Shown piece by piece: positions 26,203-37,900 of a stretch of 64,000 nt of DNA. The notes below the pieces were generated by a model. The model was not told where the DNA came from and did not search any database. It saw nothing but the letters and a program-made list of their open reading frames with translations. Location of the stretch: positions 36,704,001 to 36,768,000 of the forward strand of contig NC_042997.1 in NCBI RefSeq assembly GCF_006345805.1, read 5' to 3'. The stretch comes from Octopus sinensis (taxonomy: Eukaryota). Every line of letters starts with the position of its first letter. The first letter of the stretch is position 1. Position numbers and translations under genes: made by a program.

Positions 26203-26695
26203 TAACTTTAAAAATGTTTGATAGATTGCAGTTAATTCATTCTCTCTTACCTGTTTGTGTCAGCCTTCCAATTGCTGTTTTTACTGAGATCTCCCTTTTT
26301 AGTAGAAGAAATAGCTATAACCCTTTGACTGCTATTTCTAAATTCGGTATGTGGTAAGGCAATTCGTTGCTAACCCTTATTGCTTAGTATTACTTAAATT
26401 TTCCTCGAATGAGGCTTTTACATGCCGAAGACTACTTGGTGTAATTGATAATTATTCCAAATTAATTAATTTCACCCTTCATTATTACGGATAACCATAT
26501 TTTATCTCAGTAGATGACCACAGCATCTTGTTTTGGCTACACGCGGGTGGGAAGGGGCTGTTGACACAATCGTTTCATTCACAAATTTGAATTCGGTGAT
26601 ACTAGTTGCGGATTCTAGCTCGCTCTGATACTGAGTTGAGTTGGTGCCTCCTAGTATCTCAAAATTCAATATATAATCATTTATGATTATAGTAT

Positions 26696-26800
26696 TCTAC
26701 GCTGAAGAGAAAAAAGTTTCGGTAAGATAGAATTAGTTAATATTTAATATTTATTCTTATGCTTTCCTAAAAACTTGATTTCGAAACGTACGTCCGTAGA
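26696..26800 (+). ncRNA. Type I hammerhead ribozyme, copy R2
   Basis: CTGAAGA 26702-26708, GAAAC 26783-26787, GTC 26792-26794, CGTAGA 26795-26800. Confidence 0.88.
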
Positions 26801-27294
26801 TAACTTTAAAAATGTTTGATAGATTGCAGTTAATTCATTCTCTCTTACCTGTTTGTGTCAGCCTTCCAATTGCTGTTTTTACTGAGATCTCCCTTTTTAG
26901 TAGAAGAAATAGCTATAACCCTTTGACTGCTATTTCTAAATTCGGTATGTGGTAAGGCAATTCGTTGCTAAACCCTTATTGCTTAGTATTACTTAAATTT
27001 TCCTCGAATGAGGCTTTTACATGCCGAAGACTACTTGGTGTAATTGATAATTATTCCAAATTAATTAATTTCACCCTTCATTATTACGGATAACCATATT
27101 TTATCTCAGTAGATGACCACAGCATCTTGTTTTGGCTACACGGTGGTGGGAAGGGGCTGTTGACACAATCGTTTCATTCACAAATTTGAATTCGGTGATA
27201 CTAGTTGCGGATTCTAGCTCGCTCTGATACTGAGTTGAGTTGGTGCCTCCTAGTATCTCAAAATTCAATATATAATCATTTATGATTATAGTAT

Positions 27295-27401
27295 TCTACG
27301 CTGAAGAGAAAAGAAGTTTCGGTAAGATAGAATTATTTAATATTTAATATTTAATTCTTATGCTTTCCTAAAAACTTGATTTCGAAACGTACGTCCGTAG
27401 A
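27295..27401 (+). ncRNA. Type I hammerhead ribozyme, copy R3
   Basis: CTGAAGA 27301-27307, GAAAC 27384-27388, GTC 27393-27395, CGTAGA 27396-27401. Confidence 0.88.
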
Positions 27402-27586
27402 TAATTTTAAAAATGTTTGATAGATTGCAGTTAATTCATTCTCTCTTACCTGTTTGTGTCAGCCTTCCAATTGCTGTTTTTACTGAGATCTCCCTTTTTA
27501 GTAGAAGAAATAGCTATAACCCTTTGACTGCTATTTCTAAATTCGGTATGTGGTAAGGCAATTCGTTGCTAAACCCTTATTGCTTA

Positions 27587-27620
<34 letters not shown>

Positions 27621-27771
27621 TATAATGATACAGAATAACAAAGGGTTACTAACAGATCAGGCTTTAAAATATATTAAATTGACATCATTATAAAACATGC
27701 CATGTATTTACAAAACAATTCTTCAGTTTCAGTTCGTAACGTTATGAATTGATAAAACAGATCAATATTCA

Positions 27772-28142
27772 AGAAATGAGTAATTATGTACATTATTTAC
27801 ATTATTTACATTTGACGGATATTTATCCTCATCTTGTTTGTTGTTAACACAACGTTTTGGCTAATATACCCTACAACCTTTATTAGGTGTCTTGGGGAAA
27901 TTTTGAACCTGAGTTCTCATTCCTAAGTTCTCATATTTTCCGATGTTGTTGTTGTTGTTATTATCATTATTATTATTATTATTATTCAGGTCAATGCCTG
28001 GAATTGAACTCGGAATCTTGGGGTTAGTAGCCCGCTCTTAGCCACTACGCCCACGGGCATATGGCGAAGTGGTTAAGAGGGCGGGCTACTAACCCCAAGA
28101 TGAGGAAAACATCCGTCAATTGTAAATAATGTAAATAATGTT
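27772..28142. mobile_element. Second copy of the palindromic tRNA-head/(AAT)n/hammerhead-tail element; right arm internally deleted
   Basis: Left arm on - has the tail with a decayed core (CTAATAA...AAAAC), (ATT)n and a head with GGCGTAGTGG and GAGTTCAATTCC boxes. The right head TGGCGAAGTGGTTAAG jumps at CAAGAT directly to the tail end. Confidence 0.8.
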
Positions 28143-28199
28143 ATGAACTGAGCGTGAAGGTTGTGTGTATGCGTGTAGACATACTTGCATGGGTATGCT

Positions 28200-28229
<30 letters not shown>

Positions 28230-28231
<2 letters not shown>

Positions 28232-28426
28232 TATATTAAATTAGAGATAAAACCACTATTAGGCAAATCATAGAATGAAAAACGTAAGCCAATACATAAG
28301 ATTAATTATTTATATTATTTTATATATATATCAAAATTATTAAAAAAACGATAATGGGTATAACACTACCATCGTTTCATGGCTGTCCAATTCGTAAAAA
28401 TTCGAGTTACAGTCAATCTTCAGGTG
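28230..28426 (-). mobile_element. Penelope-like terminal repeat fragment with hammerhead-like motif
   Basis: 28426-28364 on - reads CAC-CTGAAGA-T-TGACTGT...ACAGCCA-T-GAAAC-GATG-GTA-GTG. The segment 28230-28305 recurs inverted at ~60620-60690. Confidence 0.45.
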
Positions 28427-29859
28427 ATTGAAATATCTAAAATATAATCAGAAATATTTAAACAATATTTTTAAGATATAAATAATGTATATAATATAAT
28501 AATTTTACTTATAATAAACTCTATTATCAAACTAGAGAGGTAGAACTAAACATTTATGATTGTATCCAAATCGACTATAATGTTAAATATTAATTTTAAT
28601 TTATAAGGTAGGAAACCCACCATAATCTAATATCAATATTAGTCTATATCTAATTACATAAATATTTAAAATGACTAATATATATAAATTATCAATGAAA
28701 ATATATAAATGTATATAAATATTATAATTGAGATCTAAAATAATCTCTATAAATAATTGTATATGCACATATAATAAAAACATAAATTTAATTTTTCATA
28801 TTTAAAGATGAAATAGCTAATTTCAAAATACAAATAAACAAACTTAAATGAACTTTCGGAAATCTTATGTAAAATACTTTTAGAAATAAGCAATTCGTAG
28901 TAATATAGTATCGAATAAATACTATAAATACTATAAGTATAATTATCAATGGTAATAATTATTGAATGTAAATTTAAACAAATAACTAAGTTATACTATT
29001 AAATTAGACATGGCCTGGACCAATCTTTAGTCGAAACATATCTAAGTTTATCAAAGTTTATTTAATTTAATTATAGATTTAAAACTACAATTAATACTAT
29101 TAAAACATGTATATACAAAGCCTAATTTAATACACCTAGTATGCTTGCTATCAAATAACAAATCTATCGTTAAGAAGTATCTAACGAATAAACTTAAATT
29201 TAATATCTAATAATATAGAAAATTACGATAATTAGATCATTACATAAACAACGATATTTACCTAAGGAGAATATTATTACTCCAAAGGCTTATACAATAT
29301 TAAAATTTGCAATTTGATAATCTTAAATAAATACATACTTATCTTAGCGAGGTTTAACAATGAACTAACATTTTGAATCAGAAAACGTCTTTTACAGCGT
29401 TTATAAGAATACTCGTGGAATTACGTTATTAGCAACAAAAAACAAGAATGAATTGTTGAAGAATTCATTACGCGTGAGGAACCTACGTTTTATTAAAGAT
29501 TGTGAATGGGAAAATTATTTGTTTATCATTGTAAATAGAATGATGTCACAAATAAGAATAAAATCTCTCTATACTATAATATTTATTAATAAAATAACTA
29601 TGATAAATGAAATTTAATACAAAATAAATTAAATGATTAAAATGATTAAAAACCACTAATTATTAAATATATTCTAAAAATCTTATAAGATTAGTAAATA
29701 TATAAAAAAAATTTTATATAGTAACCCCTCAACATACTCTAAATTGTTTCCCATGCCCTTATAAATATAAGCTAAATTTAGTGTTCATAACAAAATCTAT
29801 AAATACTTATCAAAATTTGTAGTATAACTATACAGACGTATACATAAATATATAAGAAA

Positions 29860-30100
29860 ATATACATACATATACATTTATATACATATATATACATATA
29901 TATATATATACATACATATACATATACATACACATATACACATACATACACACATACATACATATACATATATACACACATATATACACACACCTACACA
30001 CATACACATATGCACACTCATACATACATGTACATACAATACTCAATATATACACCTACAACTATATATACACACCCACACACATACACATAAATAAATG
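29860..30100. repeat. (TA)n/(CA)n microsatellite
   Basis: Direct inspection. Confidence 0.9.
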
Positions 30101-30106
30101 TATATA

Positions 30107-30218
30107 CATCATCATCATCATTGTTCGACCGTGGTCGAGACAATGGAATTTACCATGCTACGCCAGACTTCACGGTCCATCATGGCATTACGGAGGTCCT
30201 GTTGCTAGATGCCTGTAT
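30107..30218 (-). mobile_element. RTE-like LINE 3' end, shorter second copy
   Basis: Reverse complement nearly identical to ~3686-3800, including the (TGA)n tail. Confidence 0.8.
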
Positions 30219-30753
30219 ACACATACATATATATATACACACATCATCATATACACATATATACATACACACACAACCACATATATTATATAATAAATAG
30301 ATATATAAATGTCTATAATCATACTACAATACAAAATAGAGGTAAATATTAAGTTAAATCTAAATAATTAATCTACTAATCTATACTTCTATATTAAATA
30401 AAATAGATTAAATAAACAACTAAATACAAATAGATTAATATAACAAAATTATAATTTAACGAAGTTATAATAGAAATATAACAAAATATATAAAATAAAT
30501 AAAATTGTAACTTACCAGACTCTATATTCAATAAACCATTAAATATTTATTAAAAATATATTTAGTAATAAAATGAACAACTATATATAATCTAACTATT
30601 ATTAAAAACAGAACCTAAATAACTAAGATAAACTAATATAATAAGTACTACAAATCACCTGGTATATTTATAATACTATTACATAAAACAACAAATAGGG
30701 AGCTAAATAAGGCTAAGAAATAATCATTATTTATCAAGAAATTTATTATATAA

Positions 30754-31065
30754 TTAAAGTAACATGTGTCTGCATTTTATTTTTCGCTCATCACAGATAT
30801 TCAGTAAATTATCATGCTTATAAAATAAAATTTCCTTAAACTCATTAGAACATAAATAACAAAAGTTCGCTCCTATACTATATGATTTAGTTTTACTAAT
30901 TATTTCCCAAGATAAATTATAATTAATATTTTGGGATTTAAGTCTCCAAATGTACTTGCTAAGTCCAGTGGAGTTAATTAAATTTTTATTTTTAAATGAA
31001 TTCATATGTTGTGCGATTCTTAATTTTATTTTCGAGGAAGTGGACCTTATATATATCGCGTTTGA

Positions 31066-31100
<35 letters not shown>

Positions 31101-31485
31101 TATTATTATTATTATCATGTAATGTAACTACACATTTATACACTACATCGTTAATATCACATTTATTATTTAATTTACATTTAGTTTTATCTCTACATGT
31201 ACAGTTAATTAGTGTCTTGTCTTTATCATTGCTGTTATTATGTAATTTATTTTCATAAAAATTATTCAGTTTAAATTTGTTAAAAGAAGAAATAATGTTA
31301 CTTACACTATTAATGGTGGAATAACCTACTCCGAAATTATTACTAGAGAAAATGTTTTTATATTTACGATTATCTCGAATAAATAGTTCAATAATATCTA
31401 AAATCTCTTTAATAATGTTCGTTTTAACTTGAGCACCATAAGGAACTATTATCCAAATTTTATTCTTATTTTCCTTCTTTTTGTT
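30754..31485 (-). pseudogene. Penelope-like element ORF C-terminus with GIY-YIG endonuclease
   Basis: KIWIIVPYGAQVKTNI...KYKNIFSSNNFGVGYS, one frameshift, then NCTCRDKTKCKLNNKC...VVYKCVV-(N)n-YIRSTSSKIKLRIAQHMNSF...NSTGLSKYIWRLK...W.I...FCYLC...LLN...KCRH. This is the characteristic PLE GIY-YIG pattern. Confidence 0.88.
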
Positions 31486-31499
31486 ATTAGAACTGGTGG

Positions 31500-31562
31500 T
31501 AATAGGAGAAGTAATAGTAGTAGTAGTGATGGTGGAGGTAATAGTAGTAGTAGTAGTAGCAA

Positions 31563-31597
<35 letters not shown>

Positions 31598-31620
31598 CCA
31601 CCGCCACCACCAGCAGTAGT
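31500..31620. repeat. (AGT)n microsatellite
   Basis: Direct inspection. Confidence 0.92.
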
Positions 31621-31977
31621 AGACAGATTTGTATATCAGTGAAATACTGAAATTTTGGAAGAACAAATAACTTTGAAGTACACTCTCAAGGAAAGAGTAT
31701 TCATAACCAGATTGAGTAAAAAAAAGACCAGATACGGTATTAAAAGCATTTAGCGAAATTGGGGAGCAGTATTTACAGCAGTGTAATAAACTCTCATTCA
31801 GGCGGATTGACGCCTGTCTATATGCCTTGTCTACTATTGCAAAGCAATGCATCAACGACATTAAAAAAGTGAGAAAAAAACAGAAACAACAAAGAAAGTG
31901 ACATCATCAGTTTGAAGACAGATGCTCATTGCGTACAACGAAACAATTCAATGCGTCTCACCAACAATGAAAAAACT
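31620..31977 (+). mobile_element. Probable N-terminal part of the R4/Dong-like LINE that continues at 49953
   Basis: Degenerate translation KERVFITRLSKK/PDTVLKAFSEIGEQYLQQCNKLSFRRIDACLYA...K*HHQFEDRCSLR resembles the pre-RT region (IN..LYA, W..RLE...LR) of this clade; recognition by eye only. Confidence 0.55.
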
Positions 31978-34900
31978 TTTTATGAAAATGTTTGATGAAT
32001 GTATTTGATGAAAATGTTTGATGAAAATGTTTGATGAAAAATGTTTGACGAAAATGTTTGATGAAACTGTTTGATGAAAATGTTTGATGATAAAAGTCTG
32101 ACGAAAATATTTAATTAAAATGTTTGATGAACAATGTTTGTTGAAATATGTTTAATGAAAATGTTTGATGAAATTGATTGATGAAGATGTTCGACGAAAA
32201 TGTTCGACGAAAATGTTCGACGAAAATGTTTGACGAAAATGTTTGATGAAAATTGTTGATGAAAATGTATAATGATAAATGTTTGATGAAAATGTTTGAC
32301 GAAAATGTTTGATGGAAATTGGTGACAATGTATGATAAAAGTATGATAAAAATGTTTGATGAAAATGTTTGATGAAAATGTTCGACGAAAATGTTCGAGG
32401 AAAATGTTCGTCGAAAATGTTTGACGAAAATGTTTTATGATAAATGTTTGATGAAAATGTTTGATGAAAATATGTGATAATAAATGTTTGATGAAAATGT
32501 TTGATGATAAATGTTTCATGAAAATATTTGATGAAAATATTTGAAGAAAAATGTTTAATGAAAATGTATAATGAAAATGTTTGATTAAATTTTTGATGAA
32601 AATGTTTAATGATAAATGTTTGCTGAAAAATGTTTGCTGAAAATGTTTGATGAAAATGTTGGATGAAAATGTTCGACGAAAATGTTTCACGAAAATGTTT
32701 GATGAAACTTGTTGATGAAAATGTATAATGATAAATGTTTGATGAAAATGTTTGATGAATATATTTGATGAAAAATATTTAATGAAAATGTTTCATGAAA
32801 ATATTTAATGAAAATATTTTGATGAAAAATGTTTGATGAAAATGTATGATGAAAATGTTTGATCAAATGTTTCATGAAAATGTTTGATGAAAATGTTTGA
32901 TGATAAATGTTTGATGAAAAATGTTTGATGAAAATGTTTGATAATAAATGTTTGATAAAAAATGATTGATGAAAATGTTTAATGAAAATATTTGATGAAA
33001 AATGTTTGATGAAAATGATTGATGAAAATGTTTGATTAAATTTTTGAAAATGTTCAATGATAAATGTTTGATGAAAATGTTTGATGAAAATGTTTGATGA
33101 AAATGTTCGACGAAAATGTTCGACGAAAATGTTCGACGAAAATGTTTGACGAAAATGTTCGACGAAAATGTTTGACGAAAATGTTTGAGGAAATTTGTTG
33201 ATGATAAATTTGTTGATGATAAATGTTTGATGAAAATGTTCGACGAAAATGTTCGTCGAAAATGTTTGATGAAAATTGTTGATGAAAATGTTTAATGATA
33301 AATGTTAGATGAAAAATGTTTCATGAAAATGTTTAATGATAAATGTTTGCTGAAAATGTTTGATGAAAATGTTTGATGAAAATGTTCCACGAAAATGTTC
33401 GACGAAAATGTTCGATGATAATGTTCGACGAAAATGTTCGACGAAAATGTTTGACGAAAATGTTTGGGGAAAATTGTTGATGACTATGTTGATGATAAAT
33501 GTTTGATGAAAATGTTCGACGAAAATGTTCGACGAAAATGTTGGTCGAAAATGTTTGACGAAAATTGCTGATGAAAATGTATAATGATAAATGTTTGATG
33601 AAAATGTTTAATAATAAATGTTGGATGAAAAATATTTGATGAAAAGGCTTGATGAAAATGTTTGATCACAAATGTTTCATGAAAATGTTTCATGAAAATG
33701 TTTAATGATAAATGTTTGATGAAAAATGTTTGTTGAAAATGTTTGTTGAAAATGTTTGATGAAAATGTTTGATGAAAATGTTCGACGAAAATGTTCGACG
33801 AAAATGTTCGGCGAAAATGTTTGACGAAAATGTTTGATGAAAATTGTTGATGAAAATGTATAATGATAAATGGTTGATGAAAATGTTTGATGAACATATT
33901 TGATGAAAAAATATTTCACGAAAATGTTTGATGAAAATGCTTGATGTAAATGTTTGATCACAAATGTTTCATCAAAATGTTTGATGAAAATATTTCATGA
34001 AAATGTTTGATGAAAATGTTTGATGATAAATGTTTGATAAAAAATATTATGAAAAATGTTTCATGAAAATGTTTCATGAAAATGTTTGATCATAAATGTT
34101 TCATGAAAATGTTTGCTGAAAATGTTCGACGAAAATGTTCTTTGAAAATGTTCGACGATAATGTTCGACGAAAATGTTCGATGAAAATGTTCGACGATAA
34201 TGTTCGACGAAAATGTTTAATGAACATTATTGATGAAAAAGTTGATGATAAATGTTTGATCAAAATCGTTGATGAAAATGTATAATGATAAATGTTGGAT
34301 GAAAAATGTTTGATGAAAATGCTTGATGTGTTTAATCACAAATGTTTCATCAAAATGTTTGATGAAAATATTTCATGATAAATGTTTGATGAAAAATCTT
34401 TGATAAAAATGTTTCATGAAAATATTTGATGAAAATATGGATGAAAAATGTTTGATGATGAAAAATGTTTGATTAAATTTTTGATGAAAATATTAAATGT
34501 TTGCTGAAAATGATTGCTGAAAATGTTTGATGAAAATGTTCGACGAAAATGTTCGACGAAAATGTTCGACAAAAATGTTCGACGAAAATGTTTGACGAAA
34601 ATGTTTGATGAAAATTGTTGATGAAAATGTATAATGATAAATGTTTCATGAAAATGTTTGATGATAAATGTTTGATAAAAAATGAAAGATGAAAATGTTT
34701 AATGAAAATATTTGATGAAAATATTTGATGAAAAATGTTTGATGAAAATGTTTGAGGATAAATGTTTGATAAAACATATTTGATGAAAATGTTTGACGAA
34801 AAAGTTTCATGAAAATGTTTGATTAAATTTTTGATGAAAATGTTTAATAAATGTTTGCTGAAAATGTTTGATGAAAATGTTTGATAAAAATGTTCGACGA

Positions 34901-37900
34901 AAATTTTCGACGAAAATGTTTGACGAATATTGTTGATGAAAATGTATAATGATAAATGTTTGATGAATATGTTTAATGATAAATATTGATGAAATAAGTT
35001 TGATGAAAATGCTTGATGTAAATGTTTGATTACAAATGTTTCATAAAAATGTTTGATGAAAATATGTTATGATAAATGTCTGATGAAAAATGTTTGATGA
35101 AAAATGTTTGATGATGAAAAATGTTTCTTGAAAATGTTTGATTAAATTATTGATGAAAATGTTTAATGATAAATGTTTGCTGAAAATGTTGATGAAAATG
35201 ATCTACGAAAATGTTCATTTAATGATAAATGTTTGATGAAAATGTTTGATAAATGTTGGATGAAAAATGATTGATGAAAATGCTTGATGAAAATGTTTGA
35301 TGAAAATGTTTAATGAACATTATTGATGAAAAAGTTGATGATAAATGTTTAATGAAAAATGTTTGATGAAAATGTTTCATGAAAATATTTGATGAAAATA
35401 TTTGATGAAAATATTTGATGAAAATGATTGATTAAATTTTTGATGAAAATGTTTAATGATAATTGTTTGCTAAAAAATGATTGCAGAAAATGTTTGATGA
35501 AAATGTCTGATGAAAATTTTCGACGAAAATGTTCGGCGATAATGTTCGAGAAAATGTTCGACGAAATTGTTGTTGAAAATGTATAATGATAAATGCTTGA
35601 TGAAAATGTTTATTGATAAATGTTGGATGAAAAAATATTTGCTGAAAATGCTTGATGAAAATGTTTGATCACAAATGTTTCATGAAAATATTTGATGAAA
35701 ATATTTGATGATAAATGGTTGATGAAAAATGTTTGATGAAAATGTTTCATGAAAATATTTGATGAAAATGTTTGATGAAAATTGTTGATGAAAATGTATA
35801 ATGATAAATGTTTGATGAAAATATTTCATGATAAATGTTTGATGAAAAATCTTTGATAAAAATGTTTCATGAAAATATTTGATGAAAATATTGGATGAAA
35901 AATGTTTGATGAAAATGTTTGATTAATTTTTGATGAAAATATTAAATGTTTGCTGAAAATGATTGCTGAAAATGTTTGATGAAAATGTTCGACGAAAATG
36001 TTCGACGAAAATGTTCGACAAAAATGTTCGACGAAAATGTTTGACGAAAATGTTTGATGAAAATTGTTGATGAAAATGTATAATGATAAATGTTTCATGA
36101 AAATGTTTGATGATAATGTTTGATAAAAAATGAAAGATGAAAATGTTTAATGAAAATATTTGATGAAAATATTTGATGAAAAATGTTTGATGAAAATGTT
36201 TGAGGATAAATGTTTGATAAAACATATTTGATGAAAATGTTTGACGAAAAAGTTTCATGAAAATGTTTGATTAAATTTTTGATGAAAATGTTTAATAAAT
36301 GTTTGCTGAAAATGTTTGATGAAAATGTTTGATAAAAATGTTCGACGAAAATTTTCGACGAAAATGTTTGACGAATATTGTTGATGAAAATGTATAATGA
36401 TAAATGTTTGATGAATATGTTTAATGATAAATATTGGATGAAATAAGTTTGATGAAAATGCTTGATGTAAATGTTTGATTACAAATGTTTCATAAAAATG
36501 TTTGATGAAAATATGTTATGATAAATGTCTGATGAAAAATGTTTGATGAAAAATATTTGATGAAAATGTTTCTTGAAAATGTTTGATTAAATTATTGATG
36601 AAAATGTTTAATGATAAATGTTTGCTGAAAATGTTTGATGAAAATGATCTACGAAAATGTTCATTTAATGATAAATGTTTGATGAAAATGTTTGATAAAT
36701 GTTGGATGAAAAATGATTGATGAAAATGCTTGATGAAAATGTTTGATCACAAAAGTTTCATGAATATGTTTAATGAAAATATTTGATGATAAATGTTTAA
36801 TGAAAAATGTTTGTTGAAAATGTTTCATAAAAATATTTGATGAAAATATTTGATGAAAAATATTTGATGAAAATGATTGATTAAATTTTTGATGAAAATG
36901 TTTAATGATAATTGTTTGCTAAAAAATGATTGCAGAAAATGTTTGATGAAAATGTCTGATGAAAATTTTCGACGAAAATGTTCGGCGATAATGTTCGAGG
37001 AAAATGTTCGACGAAAATTGTTGTTGAAAATGTATAATGATAAATGCTTGATGAAAATGTTTATTGATAAATGTTGGATGAAAAATATTTGCTGAAAATG
37101 CTTGATGAAAATGTTTGATCACAAATGTTTCATGAAAATATTTGATGAAAATATTTGATGATAAATGGTTGATGAAAAATGTTTGATGAAAATGTTTCAT
37201 GAAAATATTTGATGAAAATGTTTGATGAAAATTGTTGATGAAAATGTATAATGATAAATGTTTGATGAAAATGTTTGATGAATATATTTGATGAAAAATG
37301 TTTGATGAAAATGTTTGATGAAAATATTTGATGAAAATGTTTGATGAAAATGTTCGACGAAATTGTTCGACGAAAATGTTCGGCGAAAATGTTTGATGGA
37401 AATGTTCGACGAAAATGTTTGACGTAAATTGTTGATGAAAATGTATAATGATAAATGTTTGATGAACATGTTTGATGAAAAATGTTGATGAAAAATGTTT
37501 GATGAAAATGTTTGATTAAATGTTTGATGAAAATGTTTCATGAAAATATTTGGTGAAAATATTTAGATGAAAATTGTTGAGATGAAAATGTTTGATGAAA
37601 AATGTTGATGATAAATGTTTGATGAAAATGTTTCATGAAAATTGTTGATGAAAATGTATTATGATAAATCTATGATGAAAATGTTAATGATAAATGTTGG
37701 ATGAAAAATATTTGCTGAAAATGCTTGATGAAAATGTTTGATCACAAATGTTTCATGAATATGTTTGATGAAAATATTTGATGAAAATATTTGATGAAAA
37801 ATGTTGAGACGAAAATGTTTGATGAAAAATGTTGATGATAAATGTTTGATGAAAATGTTTGATGATAAATGTTTGATGAAAATGTTTCATGAAAATATTT

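Larger units (their letters stand above)
25533..27588 (+). repeat. Inverted arm of the ~600 bp array (~3.4 units)
   Basis: Reverse complement of the left-arm units; the orientation switch is at AAGTTATCT|TAGATAGAATT (~25532); ends in (TA)n. Confidence 0.97.

Noticed and set aside
29200-29330. Possible Penelope ORF N-terminus (LDHYINN...KENIITPKAY) on the plus strand
   Set aside because: Too degenerate and AT-rich to support without a search.
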